Shown here: one piece after another, positions 29,459 through 45,455 of the stretch
How the letters are laid out: each line of letters begins with the position of its first letter
Position numbering within the stretch: the first letter of the stretch is position 1
Source of the DNA: the human T2T-CHM13v2.0 reference genome, Homo sapiens
Length of the DNA: 64,000 bases
NCBI RefSeq assembly: GCF_009914755.1
Contig: NC_060928.1
Direction: 5' to 3' (one strand)
Made by a program: the position numbers and the translations under genes
Notes under the pieces: generated by a model
Database searches by the model: none
Seen by the model: the letters and a program-made list of their open reading frames with translations, nothing else
What the model was told of the DNA's origin: nothing

Positions 29459-31470
29459 GTGAGTTTTAGGAGGTAGTGCTCACATGTTTGCACAGTGTTT
29501 GCTGTGGACGATCAACAGTAACAGAAGAGCATACTTCTTCGATACACAGAGTTTACTGAATTTGGAAAGGCTTTGGCATTCTTATGTCATCTGTAATGAA
29601 ACAATCTCCAGAAGTCTTTTCTAAAATGTCCTTGTAAAAAGAAAAAAGTTATGTTTATATTTTATAAAAGGATGATGTTATTTATAACCAGCAGAAGCAG
29701 CCTTATTTGAACATCTTATGTTGAAATTGCTACTTAATACAGTGACTCATAGGAGCTTTCTAGTGGAAATCAAATGCTCAAATGAAATAGAATTTAGTTT
29801 GTTAGGCAATAGTGATATGTCTTTTATTGGTTGGACTCTGGAAAACACTTGACAACGAATAGTACTTTACCCGAAGGGCACGTATCATGCACCACATAGC
29901 CTAACCACAAACATTAAAGGTCTTGTAACTGTGAGCCTCAAATGAAAATACATAAGGACAGCTCTCATACAATCAAATACAATACAAACTAGCTTTTAAT
30001 TTAAATAAATATGTAAGTAAAGTTCAAGTGACTATAATGATTTTATATCCCTATGTATGTATCACAGAAATTGTGGCAAACTGTAGAAATCTATTCAAAT
30101 GGAAAGTAACAAAGCACTTTCACATTGCCTTGTATTCAAAATCCCTACTCTTCATAAAAACTTATATTTCTTTAACAAAGCTACTTTTCTGTTTAACTCC
30201 CGGAAAACTTCGTATTTATAACTTAAGGGGGTTTCTCCAACCAAACAATTTATTTTTGCTAGGTACTATAGCTATATTTTTTATACAAAATTTGTGACAG
30301 CAAATGAAATTCTAATCCCAATAGAAGAACAAACAATTTTCATGTTTCGATCTTCATATATATAATTCAAGAGGAAATATGCTTAACTTTGTAGATTTTT
30401 ACATTTTAAATTGCATTGTGTCTGTATCAAGTCTACTATCTTTTACCTAGATTGTCTGGAAGATTTAAGCTCAAGGTTACGGTTTGAGAAAAGGGTTTTG
30501 AGAGTGACCAGGATAGATTTAAGAATTCATTTTATACTAAAATATGGCCATAAATATTTTTAAATACATTCAAATAGCCCTTTGCTGGCACATTTTTTCC
30601 CTTCTTTGCCAAAACATTCCCACAGGCGGCCTAAGTCACCTCATTTTATAGGTTTAGTAGGTTTAGCAGGCTTTATGTGCTCTAGTAGGGTTAGTAGGTT
30701 TTGTTCATATCAGGTCTCTCTCATGGGAGTTTCCAGGGACAAGGATTGCTTCAGTTAGTATGGCCTTAGCCATACTAGGGTATTTGCTTTAATTCTACAG
30801 AAGTTTTCTAATTAATATTCTGTAGCAAAAGAACTAAGATCTGGAATTCCCCCTCTTAATCTCTTCCTAGAAATGAGATTCAGAAAGGACAGGACTGCAT
30901 CCAGCCTGTTTGGGAACTCAGACAAATGTGTGTTGTCACAGACACAAATAGAGGTCTACTATGAAATAATTGGCTTGCTAGTGTGCTAATGACAGACAAT
31001 GCTGATTTGCTCCAACCTCATACAGTTTCACACATAAGGACAATCATCTATGTTTCATGAAAGTTCTATCTACTTTAACATTATTTTGAAGTGATTGGTG
31101 GTGGTATGAATTAACAGTTTAAATTTAAATCCTAAAATTCAGTGTGAATTTTTTATAATAGCATAAAAATTCAAAGATGTCCATACAAGAAAAATTAAAA
31201 TTTGGTTAGGTTTAGCAGAGTTTGAGAATCCTTACTACCCTCCCACATAGTATTGTAATGTGAATATAGGCAGTTACTATTACAGGCATAATGATGATTA
31301 TGTATTAAGCAGAAAGAAGTATCACCACCAGTTTTTTTCTTTGAATGCCCCTCAGTACTTCTGCATTTATAGGATGGTAGACTGGTTTGGTTTAGCTCTC
31401 AAAAGTGAAAACATTTAAAGTTTCCTCATTGGGTGAAAAAAATTAAAAAGAGTGAGAGACTGAAAACTGC

Positions 31471-31565
31471 AGCCCACCTACGTTTAATCATTAATAGTGA
31501 GCCCTTCAGTGAACTTAGGTCCTGATTTTGGAGTTTGGAGTCTGACCTTTCCCCAAAGATAAACA
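31471..31565 (+). promoter_or_regulatory. MTTP: MTTP proximal (liver/intestine) promoter
   Basis: AGCCCACCTACG (31471-82), HNF1 TTTAATCATTAAT (31483-95), HNF4/DR1-like TGAACTTAGGTCC (31510-22), DR1 TGACCTTTCCCCA (31543-55), GATAAACA at the TATA position (31558-65); TSS about 31593. Confidence 0.85.
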
Positions 31566-31678
31566 TGATTGTTGCAGGTTCTGAAGAGGGTCACTCCCTC
31601 ACTGGCTGCCATTGAAAGAGTCCACTTCTCAGTGACTCCTAGCTGGGCACTGGATGCAGTTGAGGATTGCTGGTCAAT

Positions 31679-31739
31679 ATGATTCTTCTTGCTGTGCTTT
31701 TTCTCTGCTTCATTTCCTCATATTCAGCTTCTGTTAAAG
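31679..31739 (+). CDS. MTTP: MTTP exon 1 (signal peptide, c.1-61), microsomal triglyceride transfer protein large subunit
   Basis: MILLAVLFLCFISSYSASVK-G; donor AAG|gtaagt. Confidence 0.97.
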
Positions 31740-33182
31740 GTAAGTTTGTGTTGCCTTTTGCTAAACTTTAATTTCCATCTTTGGAGTTGGAGGCAGATAC
31801 GTGCGTGTGTGTGTGTTTGTGTGAGTGAATAGTGAAAGAGTTTCTGACTAAACTATCTTCAAAACCATGTAACTTTGGAATGTTTGTGAAAGCATGGCTG
31901 AGTTGAAATGAAAACCAAATTCAAATCCCTACAAACATTAAGAAAACAGATATTTCTTTTAGTTTCAGTTCCTCAGACCAGTGTGTTCTTGCTTCAATTT
32001 CTCATTCATGGTCTGTTTTTAAAAGAAGGAAAAAAGATACCCACTATTGTTACCTGCTGTTGTTGGTCACATTGAATGCAGCTCCTTCATTTGAATTGTA
32101 AATGAGGATTTTTTTTAAAAACCGAGTTCTTAAATTTTCTTTTAGTTGCTTAGCAATGTGACCTCAAGAAGAATTAGACCCAATGAAAAAGGCATTTGAT
32201 TTGCCAAAGAATTATGAATGAAATGGCACAACATATATTTAATTCCGTTACAATTAAAAAATGATAGAATTCATAGTGAATTAAAGAAAATTAAATTTCC
32301 TGATACAGATTTAAGAAATAAGACATTATCTTTGGAAAAATAATGTTGCTACTTACAGTTTCTATTTTAAGATGAAATTAATTTTAAAAATACATATGAA
32401 TTAATACCATTGAAAAGGCAAGTGAAAAAACATTTTATGAGGAATGGTTTCATAAAACTGTTGTGAAGTGTATTAATATAGAATCATGTTTCAGATCAGC
32501 TACATTATAAACATCGGTTTTCCAAATGCTGCATTGTGTAAAATGATCACTTTTTAGTTTCTTAGGAAGACACACTGTTAAAAACCAATTGATATAACAA
32601 CATAGCGTTATAGGGACCAATTTTAAAACCATGTACTCTAAGTAATTGATAGAAAACAATTCACTTATAAACTTATAAAACCTGTTAGGGATAAATGTGG
32701 CTTTTGATATTAAAGTAAAGTTTGCCTCAGGATTTTTTGTGTAGAAAATTTCCACATGAGGAAAAAAACCTAATCTTCATTATTGGAGCAATAGAGGGTT
32801 AAATTTAAACCAATTCACCTCAGCAAATCACACTGTAGGTTCTTGAACTAAAGAAAATATTTTCACCAATTTCTAAATATTTACTATTTAAACATACAGT
32901 TCTTACTTGGACAAAAGAAATTTTTTAATGAGAAGAAGATTTATAAATTATATCTGACTGAGAGTGTTATATAGAGGACTTACTATTTCATCTGCCAAAT
33001 AAACTGTTGAGTAGTCAAAATATGTGTGATTTAAATACCATAGTATCAAACCTAATACCATAAGTATTTTGAGAAAAATAATTGAGACATGGTACTTATC
33101 ATGAGCTTCTCCTGTTTTCCCATTTTATAAACTAGAACATTGGGTGACCTCATGTTTTCAAATATACTTATAAAAAATTTAA

Positions 33183-33552
<370 letters not shown>

Positions 33553-34013
33553 TTAGAATATTATAGGTAGCTACAGTTTATTGTAAACAAGCTTAGTAGT
33601 AAATCTAGATTTTTAAAGCTTGAAACATATATAATTTAGGGGCCACTTTTGAGAAAAGATTACAAAAATATCTTACTATTGCAAAGGTTACTGAAAAAGA
33701 TATGGCATGTGGATACATTGCTAGGGTCCACTTCTGGAGTCTTTGGAAGGATCCTGGGCAAGAGAGCTTAAGCTTCATCAGCATCATGGTACGTTGCTTA
33801 TGCTGATATCATAAATTAAAAGTGTACAACTTGAGAGCTTCTTTACCTAGATGGAATAACTTTTTGCATTATGGTACCATGATTTAATTATAGATTCTTT
33901 GCCCTTGTAACAACTGACATTAATTAGCAAACAACTTGTGAAGAGTTTACCTTAAAATCAGTCCATTTAAAATTTGGGGATCCCATGCCTCATTGCCTCA
34001 AAACTCATCTCTA

Positions 34014-34514
<501 letters not shown>

Positions 34515-36019
34515 CTAAAGACTCAAGTTTTCCCTACTTTTTCTTAATTATACTTTGTCATGGTTGGACTATTTTCAGCGCCTTCTCTGTGTTTTCCTTA
34601 TATAGTATTTTTACCTTCTATTTAATTTTGTCACCTTTAAACCTGTACACTTCCTTCATTTCCAGTCTTTCTCTCAATCCCTCACCCCACCCTTACTTTT
34701 TAGTCAATTTTTATTAATCATCTTCCAGTTCTTTTTTCTTCTTACCCTTCATCTTCTTTTTTAACTTCTGACCCTTTAGTTTTCTGTTGGGTTCATAAAT
34801 GCCATTACCTATCACCCTTATCATCACTGCATGTCTCTTCAAACCTCACCAATAACTCAGCTCTGCTTTGTCTTCTTGACTAAGCCAGTTATCAGTGATT
34901 GTACTCATATAAATCTGACAAAGGAGTATTTAAAAAATATTTCTTGAAGATTCAAAACTAACAGTTTTGTTGCTTTTAAGTCACTTAAAAATTCTAAATG
35001 CACTTGAAGGGCAAATGAAAGAGATTCTGACTTTTTTGGCTAATATTACTTTCTGTTTTGGTTTTATCTAACAACAGTTATCAAAAAATATTACTATACA
35101 TACTCTGAAGAGCACTATCCTACAAAAGGAATTAAGTCAACAATATAAATGGGACATGCCCCAATGCCCAGTGTTGCCAGATCTCTGCAAAGCATAAACA
35201 GAGAAATACTTATCAAAAAGGAAAGTATAAGAGGATGACACTCTAGCACAGTCCACCTTATTTGAACCGTTTTAGGCTTTATCTCCTGTTGAAAGAGGTA
35301 GGAAACAGTTTGGAGGAATAAAGGGCCCATTCTTTTCTGTGCTTTAACATTTCCTACTCATAGTCAAAAATTGATTTATTATATGGCCAGTAAAGTAGAG
35401 GTAAGAAAAGAAGTGAATAACATAATAGTTTGGAAAGCTTTGGAATTTAAGAAAGGTTACCTTCCTACAAATGTTTCGTAGTTATTTTAACCAGAGGACA
35501 CCTTAATATAGTCCACAGAACTTGGATTTTGGTAAATTTAAACATCAAATCTGCATTATATTTGCTATGTTGGGTTGAACTTGGGGTCAGCTTCTATCTG
35601 CTGTCACACAATGCTTACTTTTCAGAATTGCTCTGAGGATTAGATAAGACAACATGTATTTCCTTTATGCCCTATGTGGAATTTGATAGGTGTCATAAAA
35701 AGAAGGCCTCCTGACCGAAATATTTTTCCTGACCAGAAAGCCAGTATTTGAACCCGCTATAGAGTCCCCAATTACAATGCAGAAGACATAGAGATAAGAG
35801 GGAATCCCAGTCTTCATCCCCTTCAAGGTTTTTCCTGACTCTCTTTGCCTTCTGTGTCTCACACCTCAGTTTCTGCCTGACTTGGTGCTTGGACACAGCT
35901 TGGTTTTGTGTATACACATAGATCCTTTCATACTTCCTTCTCCTGGCTCTTCTTGATTCCTATGAAAATGCTTGTCCCTTTTCTTTGAAGGTTCGACAGA
36001 TTATGTGACTTCACTACCC

Positions 36020-36950
36020 AAAATTCTATGGCAGCGTCCCATCTCACTCAAACTCCCCAAATCTTCCTGCCACCCATAGGTACCTCCTTTACCTTGTCTC
36101 CTTCACTGTGTCTTTTACTTATTTATTTCCAGCCTCTTTGGTCTCCCTGCTCTTCCTCCATTACACCTGCAGGAGCCCTCCTCGGGGCCTTTGCACTTGC
36201 TGTTTCCTCTGTGAGGGGAAGGGGTAGAAAGGGTAGGAGTTGGGGGAGGGGGATGCCCTTCCCACAGATATCCATGTAGCTCACCGAAAACCTTTGTCCA
36301 AAATGTCACCTTTCCACAGAGGTTTTTCTCTCAGCATCTCCATTCCCTTTCCTGCTTCAGTTTTCTTTATGAGCACTTCTATCATACTATATAACTTGCT
36401 TATGTACTCATTTTTTTATTGCCCTTCTCCATCGCATTTAAATGTACCTTCCAATTTACATTTACAAAGGGTAGAAAATTTACAAAGGGTATTAAATTTA
36501 CAAAAGGTAGAAACTTTGTCTGCTGGTTGGGTGCGGTGGCTCACACCTGTAATCCCAGCACTTTGGGAGGGTGAGGTGGGTGGATTGCTTGAGCTCAGGA
36601 GTTCAGGACCAGCCTGGCCAACAAGGCAAAACCCTATCTCTACAAAAATATAAAAATTAACTGGGCTTAGTGGCGTGAGTGTGTGGTCCCAACTACTCAG
36701 AAGGCTGAGGTGGGAGGATCACTTGAGCCTGGAGATGAAGGTTGCAGTGAGCCGAGATCGCATGACTGCACTCCAGCCTGGGTGACAGAGTGAGACCCTG
36801 TCTCAAAAAAAAAAAAAAAAAAAAAGTAAAGAAAGAAGAAGAAACTTTCTCTGCCTTTCTCTGCTTGTTAACTGGTGTAGTCCCAGAGCCTTAAAAAGTA
36901 CTTACTATTCAACAGGTACTCACTATATTCTAGTTGAATGAATGAATAAA
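36020..36950 (+). mobile_element. L2 3' fragment interrupted by an AluJ
   Basis: GGGCCTTTGCACTTGCTGTTTCCTCTG, AAATGTCACCTT, ...GTTGAATGAATGAATAAA. Confidence 0.7.
36525..36839 (+). mobile_element. AluJ
   Basis: GGATTGCTTGAGCTCAGGAG and GGGAGGATCACTTGAGCC; TSD AGAAACTTTSTCTGC. Confidence 0.9.
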
Positions 36951-37066
36951 TTTCTAGCTCACTGCCTAGGAATGGAAAATAATTCAACCTATAGTTTTAG
37001 AGATATATAGTATAGATAAGAGCATCATCTTTAGAGACAGACAGCCTGGATTAAAATCATATCTCC

Positions 37067-37372
<306 letters not shown>

Positions 37373-38642
37373 TCATGTCTCTATGATGAATTACCTGGGT
37401 GACCTTAGGTAAATTATATAGTTTCTGTGTCCCCTCAGTCTCTTCATCTATAAAATGAGACTAATAATAGTGCCTACCTCATTAGATTTTTGTGAGGATT
37501 AAATAAGTTAATACATGTAACATGCAGATGATGGATTTTTGACCACCATTTCCTCTGGGCAAGTACGTGCTGTCATATGTAGAGGAGACAGTGAACAGAT
37601 TGTTACTGTGTAGGTGGGTAAGGCCTTTTCAGGCATTGCAAAGTAATTTTTGCTATCACCTTTCTCAGCTGCTTTGCTTCTTGTCTAGTCACCCCAAACC
37701 CCTTTTCTGTCCCTCTCCCCATATGTATATTTCCTGAGAGAAAAAAAGATTATGGTTGCGTGTCATAGTAAACTGGGCAATGCAACCCCATTAGCATTGA
37801 GGAATAAGGTAAACTGAAGTCTTTTTTAACTATCTCCTGAGAGCCATACATAGAAAATATACAAAAGAAAAAAGATTTATGTGACCATACATTTTAAGTC
37901 ATCTCTGGGAAAGACTTGCTCCTTGGCATTTCTTTGGGCTAGGTAAACTGAATTGGATACTGTGTGAACTCATTCATACATCAGTTTTCTTGGCTCACAG
38001 TACAGATTTGTATACTATTTGATCTTTTTAAATTACCCCATGCCAACTTTAAGCCTGTACTAAGATTTCATATAGTAAAACATTATTTTATTCGGGCACA
38101 GCTAATTTAAAGTTACATATGTGCAACGCTGAAATGTACCTTTGTACTAAAAGTTTGATAATTACATTAATAGAGTAAATTACACTGAAGAGATGTTTCT
38201 TAAATATCAAAAATGTCCAAATTAAAGAACTTCCTTCTAACCACTAAAACTACCTTGGCATTGATCTGCTTGCATTTAAATAATACGTTAATTACGAATG
38301 GCTCATATTAAATTTATCAACCAATTCCTGGTGGGTCCTCTACTTGAAATCATGTTCATATAATTAAGAGAAATACAATGGCATTTAAACAAAAAAAAAC
38401 CCAAAATATCTATAGTTCAACCATGGCACTATCGGATAAGTGATTAGGAATACAAACTAAGGTTCTCTGAAATGGGAGTTTATTTGTTTGTTTTTTGTTT
38501 GTTTATCTATGTTTTTCAAGTCAATGATTTCAGCAGATGAAGTAGCACCATGTTTCAATCAGCGAATATTTACCAAGCTTCCTGAGCCCCACTGTGGTAG
38601 AGAGATGCACTGATGGTGAGACAGCATGTTCCCTTACAATGA

Positions 38643-39062
<420 letters not shown>

Positions 39063-40028
39063 TAGAAGGTATATACTGGTAAACGACCAGAGTATGGTGT
39101 TCAATTCTATAGATCATGTTAATAGGGAAGTTATACTAGAGTCTTTTCAAAATGTTCTGGGAGAGAAGGGTCAATAATCCATGTTGTATGAAAAACAATT
39201 TAGACCACTCTAACTCAAGAGGAGATCAGTTAGGAGGTTCCTGCATTCCTTGATACAACAGGTGGAATTACTGAAGAGAGAGTAAACCTAGTCTGTGTTC
39301 TTCCTGAGGAAGGAACCAAGTACTCCCCTGAATAACAGTGTTTGGTCAGTTAAAATGGTTTAGATTTATGTGCTGAGAAGGGAGGCCAAATTAGTTGGTC
39401 TCTGGGGACTTTTCCAATTGTAATATATGGTGATTCCCTTATTTGCTTCTCAAGAACCTAAAGATAATAGATTCCTTGAGTAAAGTCAGTTATTCTTCTA
39501 CATCTTGGTGTGAAACAGGTACACAGGACAAAGTACTTGGAACAAGTAGTTGCTGGTGTCCTTTATATTGAGGTGTCATAGCAATACATTTACAAGTGAT
39601 ATTTGCTTCTTTGGGTGTCTCTAATTGCTCTTGTGTTTTCCAAGTTAGATCTAAGCATCATCATCCATCTCTCTGAGCCATTTCTCAATACAACAGTAAA
39701 CTGTTCTCCAGAAAACATTATATTCCTCCTTATTCAGTAATTAGACTTTATTTTTATTTACACAGATAAGGTAGAATAGGGCAGGGGTCCTTTCCAACAA
39801 GTGGTAAAGAAAGTGAAGTGATCAGGTAGACAGCAACCACAAAAAACAAATGAAGAGTGGCAATGATAGGAAAGAATCACACTCAAGTCACAATTATTTT
39901 AAGCCTAAAGTCACAGAGTTCTTTAAGTATTGCTATTTTTGCCTTATTAAAAAACCTAGTTTTTAAATACCTTCTCCATTCTTTTAAAGTGAGTGGCAAG
40001 GTCCTATAAATCATGAATTGAAAAATGA

Positions 40029-40346
<318 letters not shown>

Positions 40347-43300
40347 TAGATATTATTTTGAGGTAATCACATTGTAACTACTTTTATGGTAAATGGAATT
40401 TCTTCAAGAACTAAAGAACAGAGGTTGTAAATTAAATGTTTCCAAACTGAATCAATGCCCTGAGTTCCCTTACATTTACTAGCCAATTTGTTTCCTATTT
40501 TTCTGGAAATCTTTATAGTGGAATGAAGTATTTATTTATTGATGAAAGGCATTATTAAAAGGTAAATTTCTCATCAAATTATAAGGGATTACAAACGTAA
40601 TGTAACAAAGCAAGTCATCAAAGCATGATTGGATGAATTCAGGAAAGGAGACAAATTATGAGACTGAAATGATCCAACTGAGATTAGTAATATTGATTTG
40701 TTATGAGATTATCGATATCTGGCTAAAGTACAAGGTTAAAGATTTTAAAAGGGTATGACAAGTCTAAAGTAGAGTTTTTTTAAAGCCTTTAGAAATTATT
40801 TTAAAACTATGACATGGAAAAGCCTTTTATATATTAAAATAATGATTGAACACTTTATAATATATATTTGAAAATCTGTTTTAAAAATTCTATGTGTGCA
40901 TTACTTATGGCTTGATTCTAGTCAATTGAAATGGTCTAAATAAATTTGGAATTGAGAAACAATTGTGATCAGTTGATTATTAGGCATTACATATTTGTGT
41001 TTATGAAAATTACAGATAGTGTGTTGACATACATAAAAATGTGTCTAAAGATGAGAGCTCAATTTTAGGAACAAAAGCAGGAAAACAGAAAGGGAACATT
41101 GAGTTATAATTCCATACGTCTCTGAAATTTCACTTTCTAAATTCAAAATAAAGAAAAACTGATCTTTATATACTGATAAAGTAATACTTTATTTATTTTC
41201 AACTGAAGTATTTGAAAACAAATACTTTGGACATTTCATATATGTATATTGCTAATCATGATGCACATTTTTATATGAAGTTCTAAAAAGGAACTCACAA
41301 GAAGAAATCTTGTGTTTTCACCTCGCCTACAACCAAATATGAATCACTATCTTCAAGAATGCTTTCTCTTCCTTCTTTACTTGTCAAAATACTTGCCATG
41401 TTTCTGACTGCTCACATGCCATTTCTGTCATAAAGTTCATACCCTTCCAGCCAGCTGGAAATAACCATCACTCTTTAGAATGCTCTTAGCACTTTGCAGC
41501 TCACTCATGACCCTTATCACTTTGTTTTTGGTCATTTGTGTTCATTGCTAGATTATGGGTGTTGGATAGAAAAAAATCCAATTCCTCTTTGTATTTCAGC
41601 CTCTCCCCTTCACCTCCATGCCCTTCCACTCCCTCCTTCCCCAAAGCACCCAGAATTATGCCTTGCACTGAATATTTTATGAAGCCTTCTCCGACATCTT
41701 TCCAAACCCCTGGGCCTATTTCTGTCAAAGCGTTTATCACAGTGTATTGTCACTCTCCTTTTATGTCTTGGCTCTCCACATTCAGAATAAGTTTCTCATG
41801 GGCAGAGTTGTATCTGTCTATTCAGCACCTTGCTCATAGGGGATACTGAATATAGATGCTTCTAAAATAAAGGATAAACAAATAAGATTATATGGGGCTC
41901 AACTGAGTTGAACTTTGATAAAGGTTTTACTTATTGTTTACTTAATAATAGCTAAAATGAACTAAGCACTTACTGTGTGCTAGGTGCTGACTAAAGGCAT
42001 TACACGAACTGTCTCTTTTATTCTTGTAATGGCCCTGAGCAGTAAGGGCTGCCTTATCAACCTCTTGTGATAGATGAGGAACCAAAGTTAAGAAAAGTTA
42101 GGAAATTTGCCTATGGTCATACAACTGGCAGGTGGTGGAGTTGGGACTTGAAATAGAGTCTATGCTCAAACTTCTATGCCTACTGTCTTCCAGCTGGAAA
42201 GTATTTGGAGAAATGCCTGCCTCTTTGGTTGACTTGTAGTGTTCCTTATTTACATCATGAGATCAGTTGACTTATTTGATTTTCTTATGGCTCAACTTTG
42301 TTAACAACAAGAAATATTGTTATTTTCTTCTCTGAGCTTCCAATGTGGCAAGACACTTGAGTTCATAGATATTATTTGCATTTATAATCTTACTGACAAC
42401 CAATCATTTTATAGCTCCTTTGGTAGCAGCTGAGTACAAAGTCTTCTGCTACACACATGAAAGGACTCAGTACCCTCACTGTTCAAAGGCTGGGATGGAA
42501 CTGCCACATCATTATTTTAATAACTGCAATGGGCCAATTCTAGAGGAGCTATGATTTGCGATGATTTACTGTAACCACAGGTTAAAGTACATCATTGTAT
42601 CTTTCAAGTATATAATAAAATATTTGTTGGAAAAAACTTAACAATGAGGACTAAGAAGCCAACAGGAAGTTTTGGCCATGTCACTGTCAGAAAGATCATT
42701 ACTTAAATTATCATTTCAGTTTACTATGAGAGAAATTATGGACAGGCAGAGTAAGGCTATGGACAGGCTATTTTCTTAGAGAGCATTTTCTACCACAGGC
42801 TCAAATTAAGTTGTGCTCCTGAAGTTTCTGGGATTTCAAGGATGCTCATCAGCATGTAATTTTTGTCCTTCCAGACCTCCCCCTGTCTCCCTTTCCCATC
42901 TGAGGCTCTCATATTTACATTTTAAAAGAGAGTCCATTAAAATACTTAGATACATATTCATTGCACATCTTCTTTTTTCCATGCCCACTCATCTTCCCTA
43001 CATAAGTGGGCATAACTCTAGTTTTGTCTACAAATCATTAAGTTGTAAACGTGACAGTTATCTGATTACGTTGATTAATGCTGACGAGTGAAAGATGCCT
43101 CAAGTTATACCATGGATTCTTTTTTAGGCCTGAAATGCTGCTCCAATTAACTGGATAATTACCAGATTTCCATTTCTGGTTTTGGCTTTGTGTTGATTAA
43201 ATTAACCACGTGGCTGCTGAGTCAGACCTTTATTTTGTATTGTTTCCGGGCATTGATTTGCTCTCTAAATCAGCATGGCTCTTGTACACACACTGAACTG

Positions 43301-45455
43301 CCACAAGAAATGTGACACCTTGAAAGTCCTTCTGAAATTTGTTGTATATTTCTTTACTTGTTTGTTCTCCAGTGTGTCATTTCCTAGCCATGCTCTGTCT
43401 TAGATAGATATCAAAGATAAAATTACTAATCTTTGTTTGCTGGGATTCTTTTTATTATTTTTATTGTTTGGCCACTTAATGGAATTTAGTCTCCTCTTAT
43501 TCTTAAAATAAATATAAAGGAAGGTGTGGAGAAAGGCATCTTCTTCCTAAGGAAAAAACAATATGAATGATGCCTACCTATTTCAAGAGGAAACTGGCCC
43601 CTCATATTTGGCTGGAAGAGGCACTGTACCACCTTCCCAGCCATTTTACCCAGTCTCCCTCTAGCTGTGGTTTCCTTGGGTTAAAGACTTCGTTTGTAAC
43701 CAGGTCATACCTGCTGCTGCTCTTTGGAAGCTCTGAGTACTGTAAATTTAGATAAGAACCTGTGCTCTTGGATGTTCAGAACTAATTTCATTGCTGAATG
43801 AAGTAATCAACTTTATGGCCTGAGTATAATAAAACTTACTCAGTTCCTGTTGTGAAATAATAAATTTAAGATTATTGCTGTGACAGCCATGTGGCTTGAA
43901 ATGCAAAATTCTGATTTCAGATTATTATTTTTTAAATGATTACAAGGCAGCTCAATTCTAACAGTTTTGACATTTAGCTGGTATGGATATCAGTACTATC
44001 TTCACTTTGGATCTCATCAGTCTACACTAAAGAAACAGAATTTAGGCCCTAGAAGTAGCAGTCATATAAAAGAAAAAGAGATGTGTTCATTTTTCTAGTT
44101 CTGGGGAAGCAATAAAAACTAATAGAAAGGATTAAAAAAACTTTTTTCATTGTGTTTCACAGTTTATATCTATCATTCAGCCTGCCAGGAGGGAAAAAAG
44201 GCTCTAACACCATTTTCTAAGGGATCCAGAGGTCAAGATCAAAACTTGATCCATTGCAGTGGGTCAGTAACAGATAAGCACTGAACCTTATGCACAGTCC
44301 AAAGATTAAATCCAAGAACTGGGTTTCCTTACCTTTTAGGTAAAACTTTAAAAATAGCTCAGATACATTTTGTAGCCTGGAAGGAAAGTGACATAGTGGT
44401 GACAATACTGGTATTTTTCCCACTTAGGAGATCTTGCTTTCTAAAGTATTTAAGGTTCATACCAAAAAGACATGGGCCATATAGACATGTGTGCATTGCC
44501 ACTGAGTGAACACTTCTGACTATTTTGGGGCAATCTAGTTATGAACTTCTAATGGTCATGATACCTGGAGATACACTTCCAAATATTTGAAAAGGAAATT
44601 ACACTGTGATTATTAGAGGAAGGAGATATAGTTTACAAAATAGAACTTCAGAAACTCAGGCTTGGGTCTGAGATATTGCCAGTGATTTGTTTGAGAATAT
44701 GATACTGTGAATTTTCAGACACTGAGGTCATTATTCCAGTTCCTTTCTAAGTCGGACAAACACTATTCCAACATTTATAGGTTAGTCCAGTCTAATGACT
44801 AAAACTGATTGCCAGATAAAGTACCTAGTAAATCCATCACTAGGCAGAGTATATGTAGGAAGTAAAAATAGAGATTTGAGACACTTGTTTGGATAATTCA
44901 GGAAAAGTATTCTCTTCTTCTAAGGCACAAGATAATTTTCATGTAGACTAAATTACTGAGCTTGGTATTATTTGGATTCATTGCATAGCTATTGAGCTTT
45001 ATGTTTTACTTTAGAAGCTATGGTTGGTTTTAAAGAGTACTAGGAAGGCATTCAGGATATTTCTGGTAGAAATGCTCAGCTATAATTATCATAGACCTTG
45101 GGAATTTTTACAGGGAACATGTATCTATCCTCTATTTCTAAATTGTGTGATGCATATCAAGTCTACAGGGTGAAAACCAACAAGCTGATTTTCATTAAAT
45201 TCACTTTGTACTTTTATCCTTGTTTCTTAAACATTAGTTAAATTATCAAAATGGCAAAAGACACTTATCATCTCTGTGCCTATAAATATCAAAGATGATA
45301 AAACAAAACTAAGTGGCTTACTATTCCTGCCAAATCATAGTCACCCTCCTCATTTCAACCTCCTTTCTCTGCCTTCTGATGGTAACCTCAAAGCAGTGCC
45401 TGGGGCAGGTTATGCAGCAGTAGCAATCTCAACCTCAAATTTTCCAGCCTTCTGA

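Noticed and set aside
28000-30700. Repeat-poor AT-rich stretch resembling a processed 3' UTR pseudogene
   Set aside because: No poly(A) tail with TSD and no recognisable parent gene; better explained as unique upstream regulatory DNA
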